Shown here in pieces: positions 60,496 through 64,000 of a stretch of 64,000 nucleotides of DNA (positions are counted from its first letter, which is position 1; each line of letters begins with the position of its first letter). Source of the stretch: an archaeon (lineage in GTDB: Archaea > Nanobdellota > Nanobdellia > Woesearchaeales > GW2011-AR15). The notes under the pieces were generated by a model. That model saw only the letters and a program-made list of their open reading frames with translations. It was not told where the DNA came from and made no database searches. The translations under genes and the position numbers were made by a program. The DNA is taken from the NCBI GenBank assembly GCA_018657065.1, contig JABHXU010000001.1, positions 4,703 through 68,702 of the forward strand, read 5' to 3'.

Positions 60496-61674
60496 TCAAT
60501 ATCTATTTTTTCTAGCTTTTTTTATTTTTCCAATTAAAATTAGGATTACAAGACCAATTATTAAATACAATATAATCAAAAGCATCCAACTAATACTTAA
60601 ACCTGTACTTTTGGCCGTTACAATTTTACTATGTTCTTCAAATGTTAATTTATTATTGTATAAAACTCTCCCAGCTATTTGGTATGTACCTGTTTTTTTA
60701 GGAGTATAAAAAAGTCTCCATGTTACAGTTTCTCCAGAATTAACTTCAAGTTCTTCAGATTCAAGCACTTGTTCAATTTTATCAGTTTTTAAATTTCTAA
60801 CTTCACCTTTAAATTTAGCAAATACTTTTCTTTGGCCTTGATTTCTAAATATAGGTTCAATAGCCATAGGTTCTTTAGTTTTAACAATATCATTAGATCT
60901 AATTCCAACAAGAACACCACTATCAGAAATTTGCCCTCTTTCTAAAATATCAAATGTTGTTAGTTTTGAGATTCCACATTCTTCCAAATATATTTTAGCA
61001 AAATATTGGCCAATAGGAAGATTATGTTCAACTTCATGAACAATTCCTTTGTCTCTAGTTGGAAGAATTTGAGAACCAAAAAATGTGTTTGTAAAAACAA
61101 TTTGTGATTGATATTGGTCATAAACATCTACTTGAATTTTAGGTCTAAGTCTTACATTTCCATCATTTTTAACTGCAGCTTTAACAATAAAAGGATCATT
61201 TATTTCAGCACTTGAAAGAGTAATAGCTCCAGCTCTACATTCCACAATTTCGTCTCCAGTAACTTCGACATATATTAAAAGAGCAACTTGAGCAATAACT
61301 GAAGAACCTGCACCCTTTTCTACTGAAGCAAGTTCATCTGTTGTAATTTTTAAAATTCCAGTATAATTTCCACTAGGCGTATCTAGTGGAGGTTGCATAA
61401 TTAATCTAAATGAAAATGGTTTTTCTCTAGAAAAAACAAATTCATCTCCTTCTGGAGAAAAAGTCATCCATTCTGAAACATCTCCTTCTTTAGTAAAATG
61501 GGCTCTTAATGGTTGTTCAAAAGAAGTACTTGCGGTTATAGTTGCTTCAGCATATCCACCTTTAAGCATTTCATTATATCTAACAATAGAAGGAGATACG
61601 CCTACTACAGCAGCTTTTGTAGTTGAAACTAAGATTAAAACTAAAAAAACAATAAAAATTGGATTTTTCCTCAA
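60496..61674 (-). CDS. Secreted beta-sandwich protein with C-terminal membrane anchor
   Basis: Signal peptide, GVSP start, NxGN motif, C-terminal TM plus basic tail. Confidence 0.7.
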   Translation of the reverse strand: MRKNPIFIVFLVLILVSTTKAAVVGVSPSIVRYNEMLKGGYAEATITASTSFEQPLRAHFTKEGDVSEWMTFSPEGDEFVFSREKPFSFRLIMQPPLDTPSGNYTGILKITTDELASVEKGAGSSVIAQVALLIYVEVTGDEIVECRAGAITLSSAEINDPFIVKAAVKNDGNVRLRPKIQVDVYDQYQSQIVFTNTFFGSQILPTRDKGIVHEVEHNLPIGQYFAKIYLEECGISKLTTFDILERGQISDSGVLVGIRSNDIVKTKEPMAIEPIFRNQGQRKVFAKFKGEVRNLKTDKIEQVLESEELEVNSGETVTWRLFYTPKKTGTYQIAGRVLYNNKLTFEEHSKIVTAKSTGLSISWMLLIILYLIIGLVILILIGKIKKARKNRY

Positions 61675-61757
61675 TTTATCCCTCTATATTACCAATATTC
61701 TTTGATTTTATAAAAATTGCGGAACTTTTATAAAAACTTCTTGATTTTCTTTGTTCT

Positions 61758-63119
61758 ATGGTCCTTGAAAAGTTAGGAAGTTCGTTAAAAGCAGCTTTAG
61801 AAAAAATAGCAGGTAGTGTTTTTGTAGATGAGAAACTAATTAATGAGTTAGTTAAGGAACTTCAAAGAGCGCTTTTACAATCAGATGTGAATGTAAAATT
61901 AGTGTTTGATCTTTCTAATAAGATTAAAAAAAGAGCATTAGAAGAAAAAGCACCTTCTGGAATTACAAAAAAAGAGCATATTATTAATATTTTATATGAA
62001 GAATTAGTTGAATTTTTAGGTGGTGAAGGATATAAAATTGATGTTAACAAAAAACCATTTAAAATAATGCTTGTAGGTTTATTTGGATCAGGTAAAACAA
62101 CTACCGCAGGAAAATTAGGTAAATTTTTTCAAAAAAGAGCTAGCAAAATAGCATTAATCCAATTAGATGTATGGAGACCTGCTGCTTTTACTCAACTTCA
62201 GCAACTGGGAAAACAAATTAATGTTCCAGTTTTTGGAGACCCTAAAGAAAAAAACCCTGCAAAAATTTACAAAAAGTTTGAAAAAGAATTAAATGAATTT
62301 GATTTAGTTATTGTAGACACTGCTGGAAGAGACGCTCTTTCTGATGAATTAGTTGAAGAATTAAATAACATAAATAAGATTGTAAAAGCAGATGAAAGAC
62401 TACTTGTTATTAGTGGAGATATTGGACAAGCAGCAGAGAATCAAGCAAAAATGTTCCATGAAACAGTTGATGTAACTGGAGTCATTGTTACAAAAATGGA
62501 AGGGACAGCTAAAGGAGGAGGAGCTTTAAGTGCTTGCGCAGTAACTTCTGCACCTGTAAAGTTTATAGGTATAGGAGAAAAAATTAATGATTTTGAAGAA
62601 TTTAATCCAACAGGATTTGTTTCTAGACTTTTAGGGATGGGAGATATAGAAGCTTTACTTGAAAAAGCTAAAGATGCAATGACTGAAGAAGATGCTCAAG
62701 ATATGGGTAAAAAATTTCTCAAAGGTGAATTTAATATGATTGACCTTTATGAACAAATGCAAGCTATGAAAAAAATGGGTCCTTTGTCAAAAATAGCTGA
62801 ATTAATTCCAGGAATGGGTCAAATTAAAATGCCTAAAGAAGCTCTAGATGTTCAACAAGAAAAACTTGAAAACTGGAAATTTATTATGGATTCTTGTAGC
62901 AAAGAAGAACTAGAAAATCCTGAAATAATTTCTGGAAATAGAATGGAAAGAATAGCAAAAGGATCTGGTAGAAGTGTTAAAGAAGTAAGAGAACTTGTTA
63001 AACAATATAAACAAGCAAAAAAAATGATTAAAATGTTCTCAGGCGGTTCAGGTGGAAACATGAAAAACATGGAAAAAATGATGAAGCGAATGGGCGGCAT
63101 GAAAGGAATGAAATTCTAA
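61758..63119 (+). CDS. srp54: Signal recognition particle protein SRP54
   Basis: GLFGSGKTTT, DTAGR, TK..GTAKGGGALS, Met-rich M domain RIAKGSG. Confidence 0.97.
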   Translation: MVLEKLGSSLKAALEKIAGSVFVDEKLINELVKELQRALLQSDVNVKLVFDLSNKIKKRALEEKAPSGITKKEHIINILYEELVEFLGGEGYKIDVNKKPFKIMLVGLFGSGKTTTAGKLGKFFQKRASKIALIQLDVWRPAAFTQLQQLGKQINVPVFGDPKEKNPAKIYKKFEKELNEFDLVIVDTAGRDALSDELVEELNNINKIVKADERLLVISGDIGQAAENQAKMFHETVDVTGVIVTKMEGTAKGGGALSACAVTSAPVKFIGIGEKINDFEEFNPTGFVSRLLGMGDIEALLEKAKDAMTEEDAQDMGKKFLKGEFNMIDLYEQMQAMKKMGPLSKIAELIPGMGQIKMPKEALDVQQEKLENWKFIMDSCSKEELENPEIISGNRMERIAKGSGRSVKEVRELVKQYKQAKKMIKMFSGGSGGNMKNMEKMMKRMGGMKGMKF

Positions 63120-63165
63120 CTTTTTTTGGAAAAATATATATACTAAATTTTCGTAGTTTAATTTA

Positions 63166-63723
63166 ATGAAAGAATTTCTAAAACCAAATTGGAAAAAGTT
63201 TCTTTTGCCTATTTTTTTAATAGTTTGTTTTTTTGTATTAGTAAAATATTATTTTTATTATGCAATAATTGTAGACGAACATACACCTACACTAATAAAT
63301 TTTATAGATGAGATTGAAGAATATAGAAAATTAAATGATTCAAGATCAATGAATAAAACAGGAAAAAATATTGAAAATTATGTAACACAAAATAAAATTA
63401 AAGAAAAATTTTCCAAACTTCAAGATATTGAATTTCTAGCGGTTTTTTTACCAATGATTAATCCATTTATGCCTCAACCATGCGAATTTAGGTTTTCAAC
63501 TTTTTGTAAATATTATATTGATGAAACAACATATAATTTAATTGAATCAAGAGGTTCTTTTGCAGGCGCATCATTATTTGATTATGAAAAAAAAGAATAT
63601 GTTCAAATATCTTATTTTGATATTTTTTTTAATACAATTATTTTATTTGCTGAAGGATATTTATTTTCTTGTTTAGTGATACACATACTTCATTTTTTTA
63701 AAAAACCTAGAAATAATGTTTGA
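63166..63723 (+). CDS. Hypothetical membrane protein
   Basis: KEFLKPNWKK followed by TM; second TM at C-terminus. Confidence 0.65.
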   Translation: MKEFLKPNWKKFLLPIFLIVCFFVLVKYYFYYAIIVDEHTPTLINFIDEIEEYRKLNDSRSMNKTGKNIENYVTQNKIKEKFSKLQDIEFLAVFLPMINPFMPQPCEFRFSTFCKYYIDETTYNLIESRGSFAGASLFDYEKKEYVQISYFDIFFNTIILFAEGYLFSCLVIHILHFFKKPRNNV

Positions 63724-64000
63724 TTAGATTAAATTTCTAATTCTATTTACAAATTCATTAAAATCTTCTTTAGGAACATTGCATCCACATGCATGTTCAT
63801 GTCCTCCACCATAGCCATTAATACCTTCAAGAGCTTTTTTTAAAGCTGGAAGAACACTATACTTGGAAGATCTAAGTGAACATTTCATTTGTCCATTATT
63901 TTCTCTGCAAATAATAATAAATTTTTCAGGATATTTGTATAGAATTTCATTGCTTAAATCAGAAGTTAAAGAAGTTTTGTTTTCACAATAAGTATGTACA
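63724..64000 (-). CDS. DHH/DHHA1 phosphoesterase, C-terminal part (truncated by window edge)
   Basis: Open frame ...KCSLRS...GYGGGHEHACGCNV...; SxR and GGGH motifs of DHHA1. Confidence 0.8.
   Translation of the reverse strand, partial: VHTYCENKTSLTSDLSNEILYKYPEKFIIICRENNGQMKCSLRSSKYSVLPALKKALEGINGYGGGHEHACGCNVPKEDFNEFVNRIRNLI

Noticed and set aside
24025-63100. Short antisense ORFs inside EF1A, EF2, P-type ATPase, SMC, rpoA, rel and SRP54
   Set aside because: Typical shadow frames of long AT-rich genes without motifs or promoters

Overview
AT-rich archaeal chromosomal segment, most consistent with a DPANN archaeon of the Woesearchaeota/Nanoarchaeota type (inferred from the archaeal 16S/23S rRNA, archaeal information-processing genes, split rpoB, Lys/Glu-tailed ribosomal proteins and CxDSDGG-repeat surface protein). 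It carries a 16S-tRNA-Ala-23S rRNA operon (no 5S recognised), seven tRNAs (two with introns), the rpoH-B''-B'-A'-A'' cluster, L7Ae-eS28-eL24-ndk-EF2-EF1A-uS10, eS19-eL39-eL31, SMC, Cbf5, archease, ArgRS, SRP54, TFE, aIF-1A, oapABC and glycolytic/sugar-nucleotide genes. Two signals stand out. (1) A family of tiny (~50-150 bp) hairpin-rich insertions recurs as a tRNA intron, between 12-18 bp duplications of tRNA 5'/3' ends, between duplications of a start codon region, and in-frame inside ribosomal protein eS19. (2) Bacterial-type modules unusual for archaea are present: a full-length RelA/SpoT homologue, an HPF-like protein and signal peptidase II. Small genes missed by the ORF track (eL41, eL39, a 26-aa ORF) and a K-turn-like L7Ae leader were also found. 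All calls come from reading motifs by eye; no database searches were run.
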